Part shown: positions 1-9,382 of the stretch, piece after piece
Numbering within the stretch: position 1 is the first letter of the stretch
How the letters are laid out: each line of letters opens with the position of its first letter
Notes under the pieces: generated by a model
What the model was told of the DNA's origin: nothing
What the model saw: only the letters and a program-made list of their open reading frames with translations
Databases searched by the model: none
IMG/VR virus record: IMGVR_UViG_3300020442_001264
Coordinates: 1 to 64,000 of that record
DNA: 64,000 bases
Reading direction: 5' to 3' (one strand)
From: a virus
Made by a program: the position numbers and the translations under genes

Positions 1-2
1 TT

Positions 3-590
3 GGAGAATTAGCAGGTGGACAAGCATTAGCATTATTAAATCAAGCGGCTAGGTCAGATGCAGAAATAGATACCACACCTAGATCCAAAGTAAATTATGG
101 AACACATGTTGTTGCAACAGGTGGACAAACCAATGATGGAACAGCCAGTGCAACATTATTTGGCTACATGTATAATAATGTAAACGATGCTAGTATATTA
201 ATAGATTTAAATTTAAAAGTAAGAGGCGACCCTTGGTACTTGGGCAAACCAACAACATACACAGAAGCAAGAGCAAGACGAAACCCGACCAATAATGAAG
301 CGGCTGAGGAAGAACAACTAAGCCAAGACAAATATATTGTTTACGGTGGAGCAGATAATTACTTTTTGTTCACAATGCAAACTCCTAGAGTAAGAGACCC
401 TGATGTTGATGATGAAGACAACAACACTGGTTACATGTCTAGGCAAGGAACAGCATTTTTTATTAGTGGCATATACCAAATTGTAGGTGTTACTGCAAAC
501 TTTAGCGGTGGTTTATTTGATGTTGAATTAACAAAAGCACCAAAAGTAACATCTTTAAGTCTATCAAAAATAGATATAACAGGAAACTAA
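3..590 (+). CDS. Baseplate hub protein (T4 gp27/Mu gp44-like), C-terminal part; 5' end lies outside the window
   Basis: The frame is open from base 3 (GELAGGQALALL...), upstream of the tracked start at 168. It contains LKVRGDPWYLG and ISGIYQIVGVTANFSGGLFDVEL, typical hub C-terminal motifs, and lies directly before a gp5-like gene. Confidence 0.6.
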   Translation, partial: GELAGGQALALLNQAARSDAEIDTTPRSKVNYGTHVVATGGQTNDGTASATLFGYMYNNVNDASILIDLNLKVRGDPWYLGKPTTYTEARARRNPTNNEAAEEEQLSQDKYIVYGGADNYFLFTMQTPRVRDPDVDDEDNNTGYMSRQGTAFFISGIYQIVGVTANFSGGLFDVELTKAPKVTSLSLSKIDITGN

Positions 591-591
591 T

Positions 592-3348
592 ATGGGTTAC
601 AAAGCAGACGATTATAGAATAAGCAAAAAGAATCCTAGGGATAAACTTCGTGCAGACGCCGATTTGGATTTTGGTATCTATGTAGGCGAAGTAATTGTAA
701 CACCAAAAGACCAAAGTCATAGTGGACGTATACCTGTTTATATACCAATGCTGTCAAAAGACAGAAATGATCCAAAAGGTTATTTTAACTGTTATTGGAG
801 TAGCCCATTTGCAGGAACGACCCCAAGTGCAAAAGTAGGCCCACAAGCAGAAAAATATCAAGACACAATGAAAACATACGGCATGTGGATGGTTCCACCT
901 GATCCAGGTAATTTTGTGTTAGTTATTTTTGGTGACGGTAAAAAGAAAAATCCAATCATTATAGGCTGTATGTTTCCGGATCAAATGCAAAATATGGTTC
1001 CTGGGAATCCTGCAGGCGCAACATTCGGTACAGAAACTCCAATGCCAACAGCAGAAAAAAATAGACTTGCAGGGCCTAAAAGTCATGGTAAAGAAGTGCC
1101 GAGGCCTTTAAATCCATATATTGCTTACCCAATAGTAAAACAAGGACTTATAAATGATCCTGTTAGGGGAACAACCTCCAGTGGTGCCAGAAGAGAATCA
1201 CCTAGTCAAGTGTTTGGCTTTTTAACACCTGGTCCTATGGATGTAAATGTGGACACAGGCAAAATGGATGGCACAAACAGATTAGGTGGTCACAGTTTTG
1301 TATTAGACGACAGTTTGGCGCAAAGGCATATAAGATTAAGAACAGCCGGTGGAGCACAATTATTATTAGATGATACAAATGAAATTGTATATGTAATTAA
1401 CAGCCCTGGAACTGCTTGGGTTGAGTTAGCAAAAGATGGAAGTATGCATGTATTCAGTGATGAAGATTTGAATATGAGAGCAACATCTAATGTTAATATA
1501 AGAGCAGACCACACACTAAATTTAGATGCTGGTGTGCGAGTTAATATCAATGCTGGAATATATAATCCAGGCGGTGAACTTGACCCAGATGTTGATACAT
1601 TAAAACTTGGATCTCCCACAGGTGGTGACGTGTTTATTCAAGCAGGTGATACCATCAACAGTTTATCTTCTAAAAGTATTAATATGGAAGTGCCAACAGG
1701 CGATGGCATTATATCACAAAGAACAAAAGGAACGATTCATAGTTTCACAGACGGAAATCAAGTGCATCATGCTGGTGGTCGAACTGTAATTAAATCATCA
1801 GGTGATACTTATATAACCACTGGTGGTAGTGGACATATTGTATCAGGCGGACAGTCTTTTGTAAAAGGTTCCACAGTTCATTTAAATGACGGAGGATCAA
1901 CAGGTGATGTCCCTCCTGGGAATCCAATTACTCCGATACCATATAATATATATTTAGACGAACCTATGAGCATTCCTGTATTCGGGTATGACCATGCAAA
2001 CCCTGGAAACAATAATCCTATCCCAACAGGTGGAGCAAGACAATCAGATCCTTTAATTCCGCCTGATGTTCCAGATGCAGGAGCAGATGCTGGCACAGGG
2101 AGTAATTTTAGAGATCCTAGAGGAACAAAAATTAAAGTTGCATCAACAACCACTATGATAACAACTAGAGAACCTTGGTTTAATCATTTAAGCGAAGATA
2201 GAACTGTACAAACACCAAATACAGAATCACAAGATCGTGTAAATGACGAATTAGATAGAAGATATCCACCTGCGTCTAGCGACACAGGATATGGAGGGCC
2301 AGACAGTTATGTAGAAGATGATGGAACTTTTCAAGCAGGTGTTGGATTCGATGGCGTAACAGGGCCAAATTTATCTAGGTACGTTGGAAGTCAATATTTT
2401 AATCCTAACGGTTCCCCTAAACAACCTACAACTGCATATTTAATGGAACCAAATTTTCAAGAATTACCAAATCAAAAATGTGAAACATTGGCAGGAGGAG
2501 CATTACAATCAAAATTTGAAAGCGAAGGTCTTGCTATGTGTGTAGATGGAATTGCGTCATCACAACATTTTACACCAGATGAGTCTGGCCTTCTTTGGGA
2601 TGGAGAATACGATGCTATTCCGGTTGGTGAAGGTGGTAATACTGTGATGGGATATAAACATGTACTGATGGAACAAGAACGTGAAGCAGGTTGCATCATG
2701 TGGGGCGACGGCAAAAATTTCGACCCAACATCAGCAACAACAATGCTACAACCAGCGGGTGCTAATCCTATCTCAGTAAAAGAAGTTACAAACATTGTTA
2801 AAAATGCTGGCCCTGGACAAGATTTAAGTCGTTACGGTATACAAAAAGCAGGCGATGTAATGGATGAGTTTGGTAGCAATGACCAGGCTTATGTGATACG
2901 AGATAACAAATATGATAATTTCATTTTTGTAAATGGAAATCAAGGCGGTATAAGCAAACAGGCTAGTAAAAGTTTATTAAAAAACGACATTATACAACAT
3001 GCTGTGGGTGTTCGAAGAGTTATTAAAAAACCAATGAGTTTAGGTCAGATGACAGCATTAACTTTATTACACCATGAAACAACACCATCAGGTTTTGCAA
3101 GTCATCCTATTGTGGGTGCTTTAAATGGTAGTAATAGCAGTACAAAACAAAACATTGCTAGAATGTTAATGTATAGAGAAGGCCAAAGCCATTATCATTA
3201 TGGTAGTAAAGATAGGTTACTTTCTATGCTATTTCAATCTCCGGACAGCATGATGCCTGATATCGAAGCAATTATGCAAAGACAGATGGAGTGGCATTGG
3301 AAAGCCGGTGAGATAGCAGTCCTTCATAGTGTACTTAAAGGACTTTAA
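592..3348 (+). CDS. Baseplate central spike (gp5/VgrG-like) with C-terminal lysozyme-like domain
   Basis: OB-fold motifs (GIYVGEV..D..HSGRIPVYIP, YGMWMVPPDPGNFVLVIF), GHSFVLDD...IRLRT.GG, beta-helix-like repeats and VHLN. The C-terminus resembles a GH24 lysozyme. Confidence 0.8.
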   Translation: MGYKADDYRISKKNPRDKLRADADLDFGIYVGEVIVTPKDQSHSGRIPVYIPMLSKDRNDPKGYFNCYWSSPFAGTTPSAKVGPQAEKYQDTMKTYGMWMVPPDPGNFVLVIFGDGKKKNPIIIGCMFPDQMQNMVPGNPAGATFGTETPMPTAEKNRLAGPKSHGKEVPRPLNPYIAYPIVKQGLINDPVRGTTSSGARRESPSQVFGFLTPGPMDVNVDTGKMDGTNRLGGHSFVLDDSLAQRHIRLRTAGGAQLLLDDTNEIVYVINSPGTAWVELAKDGSMHVFSDEDLNMRATSNVNIRADHTLNLDAGVRVNINAGIYNPGGELDPDVDTLKLGSPTGGDVFIQAGDTINSLSSKSINMEVPTGDGIISQRTKGTIHSFTDGNQVHHAGGRTVIKSSGDTYITTGGSGHIVSGGQSFVKGSTVHLNDGGSTGDVPPGNPITPIPYNIYLDEPMSIPVFGYDHANPGNNNPIPTGGARQSDPLIPPDVPDAGADAGTGSNFRDPRGTKIKVASTTTMITTREPWFNHLSEDRTVQTPNTESQDRVNDELDRRYPPASSDTGYGGPDSYVEDDGTFQAGVGFDGVTGPNLSRYVGSQYFNPNGSPKQPTTAYLMEPNFQELPNQKCETLAGGALQSKFESEGLAMCVDGIASSQHFTPDESGLLWDGEYDAIPVGEGGNTVMGYKHVLMEQEREAGCIMWGDGKNFDPTSATTMLQPAGANPISVKEVTNIVKNAGPGQDLSRYGIQKAGDVMDEFGSNDQAYVIRDNKYDNFIFVNGNQGGISKQASKSLLKNDIIQHAVGVRRVIKKPMSLGQMTALTLLHHETTPSGFASHPIVGALNGSNSSTKQNIARMLMYREGQSHYHYGSKDRLLSMLFQSPDSMMPDIEAIMQRQMEWHWKAGEIAVLHSVLKGL

Positions 3349-3553
3349 GTTTATCTTGCAACTGCTTTAATTCTTTTTGACAATCAGATAATTTAACATA
3401 GGCTCTGTATTTGCCGTCTTGCTCATCTTTAACAGCCTGTCTGAGAAATTCATTTTCTTGTTTCAATGCCATCAAATTGTTATTTGCATCTACTAACATT
3501 ACTCTAAGTTCTTCTTCTAGAGTATTATTTAGATTTCTATTTGCTTTACTCAT
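3335..3553 (-). CDS. Small coiled-coil hypothetical protein (72 aa)
   Basis: ATG at 3553 overlaps the stop of the upstream hydrolase (GATGAGTAA coupling). Heptad-like L/E/K pattern. Confidence 0.65.
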   Translation of the reverse strand: MSKANRNLNNTLEEELRVMLVDANNNLMALKQENEFLRQAVKDEQDGKYRAYVKLSDCQKELKQLQDKLKVL

Positions 3554-4178
3554 CGTCAATTCCAAAGGTGTGTTGTATGATAATATTTACCGTGTCATAA
3601 CACAAAAGCACTTCATTATGACTCAAAGCAACCTCAATTGATTTTGCATTTGAAAAACCTACAGGAAGAGATTTTTGTGTTTCGATAGTGAGCAGACCAT
3701 CATTGGCGGCTCCCATACCTGCTAAATCATTACCAGATCCTTTTATAGATCCTGTGGTAATAACATTTAACATAGGTATATCTAATTTTAGATTTTGTAT
3801 GTCTTTGATAAAATAACTGTTTGGCTTCATGTTCATAAACAATTTGCTCTGTCTAAAAACCATATTAAGCCAACCAGCAGTTCTACTACCTTTCCAAGGA
3901 GAACTTAAAGTAACAATCTTTTCCACATTTTTGTTTCTACTTGCAAACAAAGATGCTAATAATCCTCCGTAACTATGAGAGATTATAAAAAACGGTTCAG
4001 AACCAAATTGTGCATGTGTTTGCAATTCGAATCGTTTGAGAATAACTTCAGGATCTTCCTGTGTTTGATATTCCAAACAAAGTAAATTGTGCTCAGGTAA
4101 GAATACCTGTAAATAATTAAAACTGTGTCCGCTCTGACCTGAGCCGTGTATAAATGCTACATTAGGCAAGTTCTGCAT
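3546..4178 (-). CDS. Alpha/beta-hydrolase (esterase/lipase-like)
   Basis: FIHG oxyanion motif, SHSYGG nucleophile elbow, NDGLL (Asp) and SHNE (His) give a complete triad. Also LSSPWKGS. Confidence 0.85.
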   Translation of the reverse strand: MQNLPNVAFIHGSGQSGHSFNYLQVFLPEHNLLCLEYQTQEDPEVILKRFELQTHAQFGSEPFFIISHSYGGLLASLFASRNKNVEKIVTLSSPWKGSRTAGWLNMVFRQSKLFMNMKPNSYFIKDIQNLKLDIPMLNVITTGSIKGSGNDLAGMGAANDGLLTIETQKSLPVGFSNAKSIEVALSHNEVLLCYDTVNIIIQHTFGIDDE

Positions 4179-4446
4179 CGAGTATTAGTTTCTCCATATC
4201 TAAAAGTTCTGATGGAATGGAGTTTTTGGGCTGACCAACCATATTGACCATTTCGAATAGTACATACTTCTTGGTGTGGTAGTCAAAAATACCGATTGAA
4301 TGCACTCTTTTATTGCGATAGTGCATCATTTTACGGAATCTAGGACCATATCCTGTAGTCCATTTGTATCCGTTTTCCGCAATAAGTTTATTGGCTTTAT
4401 GTGCCTGCTCAATGATTTCATTGAACTTTTCTATAATGTTTTTCAT
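4162..4446 (-). CDS. Hypothetical protein (94 aa, MKNIIEKF...)
   Basis: AGGA SD precedes ATG at 4446. The tracked start at 4524 falls inside the promoter -35 box, so it is unlikely. Confidence 0.65.
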   Translation of the reverse strand: MKNIIEKFNEIIEQAHKANKLIAENGYKWTTGYGPRFRKMMHYRNKRVHSIGIFDYHTKKYVLFEMVNMVGQPKNSIPSELLDMEKLILDAELA

Positions 4447-4495
4447 TAGTTTTCCTATGTATAAACAAAACATGCATAATTTCTTATGCTCCAGT

Positions 4496-4534
4496 ATTAT
4501 GTAGTAAAATAAACTAAAAGTCAACCTTTTTTTT
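4496..4534 (-). promoter_or_regulatory. Sigma70-type (early) promoter TTGACT-N17-CATAAT with upstream A-tract
   Basis: Minus strand: -35 at 4524-4519, 17-nt spacer, -10 at 4501-4496, A8 tract at 4534-4527. It points into the three-gene operon. Confidence 0.75.
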
Positions 4535-4565
4535 GGCTATATTAAAACATGTTTTAACTATCATA

Positions 4566-4573
4566 GATAAATA
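4566..4573 (+). promoter_or_regulatory. Late-promoter-like motif GATAAATA
   Basis: Resembles T4 late TATAAATA. Lies 5 nt before the gp25 ATG and recurs before other genes. Confidence 0.7.
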
Positions 4574-4578
4574 TTGAT

Positions 4579-4950
4579 ATGGCAAACATTTACAAAGGCT
4601 TTAGTACAAAAGACAGAATCAGACCACCATACACATTGACAAATGGTGATGCTGTAAAAACTGACTTACTTAACGAATTGTATACCCGAAAGGGAGAACG
4701 TGTAATGCGTCCTAATTATGGTACTATGGTATATGACTTGTTGATGAATCCTTTAGACGACTATGTTGAGCAAGAAATTAGAGAAGAAGTTCAACGAATT
4801 TGTCTTAAAGATCCAAGAGTAGAAATAGAATCTGTTTTTACACAAGTAATAGACCATACTATCAGAGTACAAGTACAATTATTATTGAAGCCTTTTTTAG
4901 ATGAAGACACCTTGTTTGTTGAATACACGCAAGACAGTAAAGAGATTTAA
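4579..4950 (+). CDS. Baseplate wedge subunit, gp25-like
   Basis: L.TRKGERVMRPNYGT, LLMNPL and DPRV motifs; 123 aa; located between the spike and wedge genes. Confidence 0.9.
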   Translation: MANIYKGFSTKDRIRPPYTLTNGDAVKTDLLNELYTRKGERVMRPNYGTMVYDLLMNPLDDYVEQEIREEVQRICLKDPRVEIESVFTQVIDHTIRVQVQLLLKPFLDEDTLFVEYTQDSKEI

Positions 4951-4952
4951 AA

Positions 4953-7900
4953 ATGGCATTAGGCAATAGACAAAACAACTTATTCGCGGCAGAAGATTGG
5001 GACGTTGCGTATCAGGCTTACAGCCAGGTTAACTTCCAAGCATACGATTTCGAAACGATTCGTACTGCAATGATTGAGTATATCAGAACTAATTTCCCAG
5101 AAAATTTCAATGACTACATAGAAAGTTCAGAATTTATTGCTATTATTGAATTACTAGCATATTTGGCTCAAAGTATTGCATTCAGAATGGATGTTAATAC
5201 CAGAGAGAATTTTTTAGAAACTGCTGAAAGAAGAGATTCAGTTTTTAAACTGGCAAGACAGTTAGGTTACAATCCTAAAAGAAATATTGCGGCTAGTGGT
5301 CTTGTAAAAATTTTAAGTATTTCAACAACAGAACCATTAACAGATAGTGCCGGCACACAAATAGGTAACAGAACTGTTACTTGGAATGATGCTAATAATC
5401 CAGATGCATACGAACAATTCATTACAATAATGAATAGTGCTTTTGGAAATGTTAATAGATTTAGTAAACCTGTAAAAACAGGTTCTATTAATAAAATTAT
5501 CACTGATTTATATGAGATTAACACAAAAATAAATACGCCATTTGTTTTCAAGTTTAAGAAAAATATAAACGGTGTTAGTAGAGACTTTGAAATTGTAAAT
5601 GCAGATTTCGAAGATAATAACTTTTTCTATGAAAAGCATCCAGACCCAACAAATAACTTTGGAATTATTCACAGAAATGACGGGTTAGGACTATCAAGCA
5701 TAAACAATGGATTTTTCCTTATGTTCAAGCAAGGAACATTAAATTCAGAAGAATTTAATTTCGAAGAGCCTGTAGAAAACAGAAGACAACTTATAGCCGC
5801 ACCCGGCATTAATGAAACTGATGTGTACTTTCAGCAGGTTAGCGACACAAATGTTGTTTTAACAAAATGGAAAAAAATTCCAAATACAGTTGGGCAAACA
5901 TTACAATTTAATGTATTAGCAAAAGATAGTCCTCTACTTTATGCAATTCAAAATGTTGGAACAGAAGGCATAGAATTGCAATTTGCTGATGGCAACTTTG
6001 CTAATGTACCTGTAGGTAGATTTAGAGCATTTTTTAGAACAAGTGCAAATGAAAGATATAGCATACAGCCCGATGATGTAGGAGACATTGTTACAGAAAT
6101 ACCTTATCAAAATGCAAAAGGCGAAAGTTATGTATTAACTATTACATCAAGACTTCAAACAGCAATTAATAATGCATTGCCAGAAGAAACATTAGCAGGT
6201 ATAAAAGAAAGAGCACCACAGGCTTTTTATGCTCAAGACAGAATGGTGTCTGCACAAGACTATCAAGTTTTACCTTTAGCAAAAAGCGGTAATATAGAAA
6301 AACTAAAAGTTACTAACAGAACTCATGCAGGACATAGTAGATATATTGATATCACAGATCCAACAAGTACGTTTCAAACAACTACATCTATTGCAGAAGA
6401 CGGAGCATTGTATAAAGAAAGTGTTTCAGGCTCTGGTTCTTTTATTATAGATAACAACAATACTGCTGAAGAGCAAATTGAAAAACAAGTACCAATTTAT
6501 TTAAAGAATTTAGAATTACAAGATTTCATTTATAGTGATTTCAGAGATGCATGGGTAGAAGCAAACCCAAATAAATTTATGTTGGATCAATACGGCATTG
6601 TTTGGAATACATTGCCCAAAACAGACCAAAACGATACAGGTTACCTAACAGAAACATTTACAAATTTAGGCACAATCAGTGATGTAAACATTGCAAATCA
6701 AAACTTAGCATTAATACAACCAGGTCATTTAATAAAATTTGTTAACCCTGCAGATATTAAACAAATGCAATGGGTTAAAATAGTATCCATCAGAGACAAT
6801 GGTAGACGTGTTAGTACAAGCACAACAACAGATGGCCCATTTAGATTAAGTGAAAATGTTAAAGATGGCTGGGTAGGAAAAGAAATTATTACAACTTTGA
6901 GAACTAGATTTTATGAAGTTGAGCAATTAAGAATTAAAAATGCAATAGAGAAGAAACAAACATTTGGTCTTGGCTACAATGCAACGTCTGATGTTTTTTA
7001 TGTTATCAACAACAATGACATTGATACAAAAAGTACTTTTAGTATAGGAAATGCTCAGGATACTTCAGGTAATCAAAGAGACAGGAGTTGGATTTTAAAA
7101 TTTACTTACGAGTCTGTTGACTCTCTATCTTATAGATATAATGTAGAGTTAAGAGGAACAAGATACATATTTGAAAGTTTTGAAGATGTTAGATTTTACA
7201 ACATTAACGAAAACAGAATTGTGGATAGTTTTACAGGTAGAGCAAAATACGATACAATAGAATTACCAACTATTAACACTCAAGGCAGTACTGTTGAAAG
7301 TTTTGAGTGGAGAGATACAACTACTACACCAGACTTTATTGGTGACAAATGGTATTCGGTAAAAGACGGTGTAACATTTTCTGATATACCTCTTAAATCA
7401 AGAGATGTGCGTTATGACCAAGTTGAGATTGATGTTTCAACAAACTTTGGATTATACAAAGAAGGCGATAGTTCAGGAAACAGTTTTGTAAGCAATTATA
7501 AGATTACTTTAGGCACAAATTATGATACGTCTGATTTAACAAGTAAAGTAAATGTTACCATTGCAAACAATACAGGTCAAATTCACAGTTTACCTGACAG
7601 TTTAAATATAGATTTTACAGCAAGTACTTTTGGACATAACATATTAGATAACAACGGAAACATTAGTTACAAGCATAACAACACAGTTTATACAGCCGGT
7701 AATGCTTCTAACATGGGAGGCGGTCACATTTATGTTGCAAATGCAAATGTGACTGCAAAAACAGGTACATTAGTGGTAACAAATTTTGATACTAATAGGC
7801 ATTATGCTATCGATAGCACAGGACTATCCAGTAAAGATATTTTGAACATAAATTATATAAGAGCAAAAGATAGACTTGAAACTCCTATAGTGTGGGGAGC

Positions 7901-9377
7901 AGTCAAAAACTTCACATACGCAGATGGACACACTGATGCTAGAAAAGTACAAGTAACTCCGTTTAATTCAACAAACGATGACAGCCCGGATAGCCCAACA
8001 CAATTTAATGAATTTGTTGGACCTAACGACATTGTGTTGTTCGAAGATTTTAATAGTTTTGACGGATACACATATACTAAACCTGTAAAAGCAGGTATAT
8101 TAGATTTAAGAAGAGAACCTGGTGTGAACTTTAGTGGAACATTTGACAAAATAGCAGGCGATTCAACAGGTGATGCCACAGCATTAACAGGTACATACTA
8201 TAATGTTGCAGATTATGATTTCTTCTTAGTCAAATCAGAAAGTATTATAGATACATTTGATAACACCGCAGGTAAATTGCATAACAAGAAAGTATATGCA
8301 TCTGATACAGGCAAAGTTTATTTGATGTCTTATAGTAGTACAAATTTAAATGTTGTTAACCACTATGAAAGTTCCAATCACAGAGCAAAAATTGGAAAAT
8401 CATTTACACAAAATACAAAAGAAAAAAGTTTAGACAATGTGTTGTTTAAATGGACACACATTGCAAATAATGACCAGAGAATAGATCCTAGTATTAGTAA
8501 TGTACACGAAATGTTTTTACTCACTAGTACTTACTATGATGAAGTCAAAGCATACCTTAATGTTCCAGGTACACCGTGGCCCGAAGAGCCAAGTACATTA
8601 GAACTTGAAACAGAATTTCAAAATTTAGAACAATTTAAATCAGCAAGTGACCAACTTTTATTTAAAAGTGGTAGATTTAAATTATTATTTGGCGACGATG
8701 CCACATCAGAATTACAAGCAAGATTTAAAGTAGTCAGATTGCCAGGCACAAGTTTAAGCGACAATGAAATTAAAACAAATATTATTAAAGCAATCAACAA
8801 ATATTTTAATATAGAAAATTGGGAGTTCGGCGATACATTTTATTTTACTGAACTCAGTAGTTACATACACCAAGAAGTAGGAAACACAATAGGAAGTATT
8901 GTGATTGTTCCTAAAAAAGCCAACGGAGTTTTTGGAGATTTATTCCAAGTTAAGTGCGATAGTGACGAACTATTTTTAAGCACAGCAAAAGTTGATGACA
9001 TTGACATTGTAGATAAAATTACAAAAGAAAATATTAAACCAACTTCTGCTACTCCAACGTTTACTTCATATAAAAACCCAACATCAGAAGTTGGTCCTTT
9101 TGCAATCAATGGGTACTATCCTTTATACCCAACAGCCGAAGCGGCAAACTTTGCAGGTAATGGTACCAGCCATGAACATGAGTTTTTTGGTAAAACGTTT
9201 TACATGCCAAATGGTATAACAATATATCACGGCAATTATACTGAAGAAACAGGCACAACAAGTACATCAGCAACGTCTGATAATGTAACAAATAATACTA
9301 TTTCAGGAACTAGTGCAACTAGTTCTTCAAGTTCTTCTTCCGATAGCAACTCCGGAGGATCAGGTAGTGGATATTAA
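4953..9377 (+). CDS. Baseplate wedge subunit, gp6-like (1474 aa)
   Basis: YDFETIR, FNDY.ESS, ELLAY, ENFLETAERRDSV..LA..LGY.P, E.L..IKERAP..F.AQDRMVSAQDY and WEFGDTFYF.EL motifs. Confidence 0.88.
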   Translation: MALGNRQNNLFAAEDWDVAYQAYSQVNFQAYDFETIRTAMIEYIRTNFPENFNDYIESSEFIAIIELLAYLAQSIAFRMDVNTRENFLETAERRDSVFKLARQLGYNPKRNIAASGLVKILSISTTEPLTDSAGTQIGNRTVTWNDANNPDAYEQFITIMNSAFGNVNRFSKPVKTGSINKIITDLYEINTKINTPFVFKFKKNINGVSRDFEIVNADFEDNNFFYEKHPDPTNNFGIIHRNDGLGLSSINNGFFLMFKQGTLNSEEFNFEEPVENRRQLIAAPGINETDVYFQQVSDTNVVLTKWKKIPNTVGQTLQFNVLAKDSPLLYAIQNVGTEGIELQFADGNFANVPVGRFRAFFRTSANERYSIQPDDVGDIVTEIPYQNAKGESYVLTITSRLQTAINNALPEETLAGIKERAPQAFYAQDRMVSAQDYQVLPLAKSGNIEKLKVTNRTHAGHSRYIDITDPTSTFQTTTSIAEDGALYKESVSGSGSFIIDNNNTAEEQIEKQVPIYLKNLELQDFIYSDFRDAWVEANPNKFMLDQYGIVWNTLPKTDQNDTGYLTETFTNLGTISDVNIANQNLALIQPGHLIKFVNPADIKQMQWVKIVSIRDNGRRVSTSTTTDGPFRLSENVKDGWVGKEIITTLRTRFYEVEQLRIKNAIEKKQTFGLGYNATSDVFYVINNNDIDTKSTFSIGNAQDTSGNQRDRSWILKFTYESVDSLSYRYNVELRGTRYIFESFEDVRFYNINENRIVDSFTGRAKYDTIELPTINTQGSTVESFEWRDTTTTPDFIGDKWYSVKDGVTFSDIPLKSRDVRYDQVEIDVSTNFGLYKEGDSSGNSFVSNYKITLGTNYDTSDLTSKVNVTIANNTGQIHSLPDSLNIDFTASTFGHNILDNNGNISYKHNNTVYTAGNASNMGGGHIYVANANVTAKTGTLVVTNFDTNRHYAIDSTGLSSKDILNINYIRAKDRLETPIVWGAVKNFTYADGHTDARKVQVTPFNSTNDDSPDSPTQFNEFVGPNDIVLFEDFNSFDGYTYTKPVKAGILDLRREPGVNFSGTFDKIAGDSTGDATALTGTYYNVADYDFFLVKSESIIDTFDNTAGKLHNKKVYASDTGKVYLMSYSSTNLNVVNHYESSNHRAKIGKSFTQNTKEKSLDNVLFKWTHIANNDQRIDPSISNVHEMFLLTSTYYDEVKAYLNVPGTPWPEEPSTLELETEFQNLEQFKSASDQLLFKSGRFKLLFGDDATSELQARFKVVRLPGTSLSDNEIKTNIIKAINKYFNIENWEFGDTFYFTELSSYIHQEVGNTIGSIVIVPKKANGVFGDLFQVKCDSDELFLSTAKVDDIDIVDKITKENIKPTSATPTFTSYKNPTSEVGPFAINGYYPLYPTAEAANFAGNGTSHEHEFFGKTFYMPNGITIYHGNYTEETGTTSTSATSDNVTNNTISGTSATSSSSSSSDSNSGGSGSGY

Positions 9378-9382
9378 GAGTA

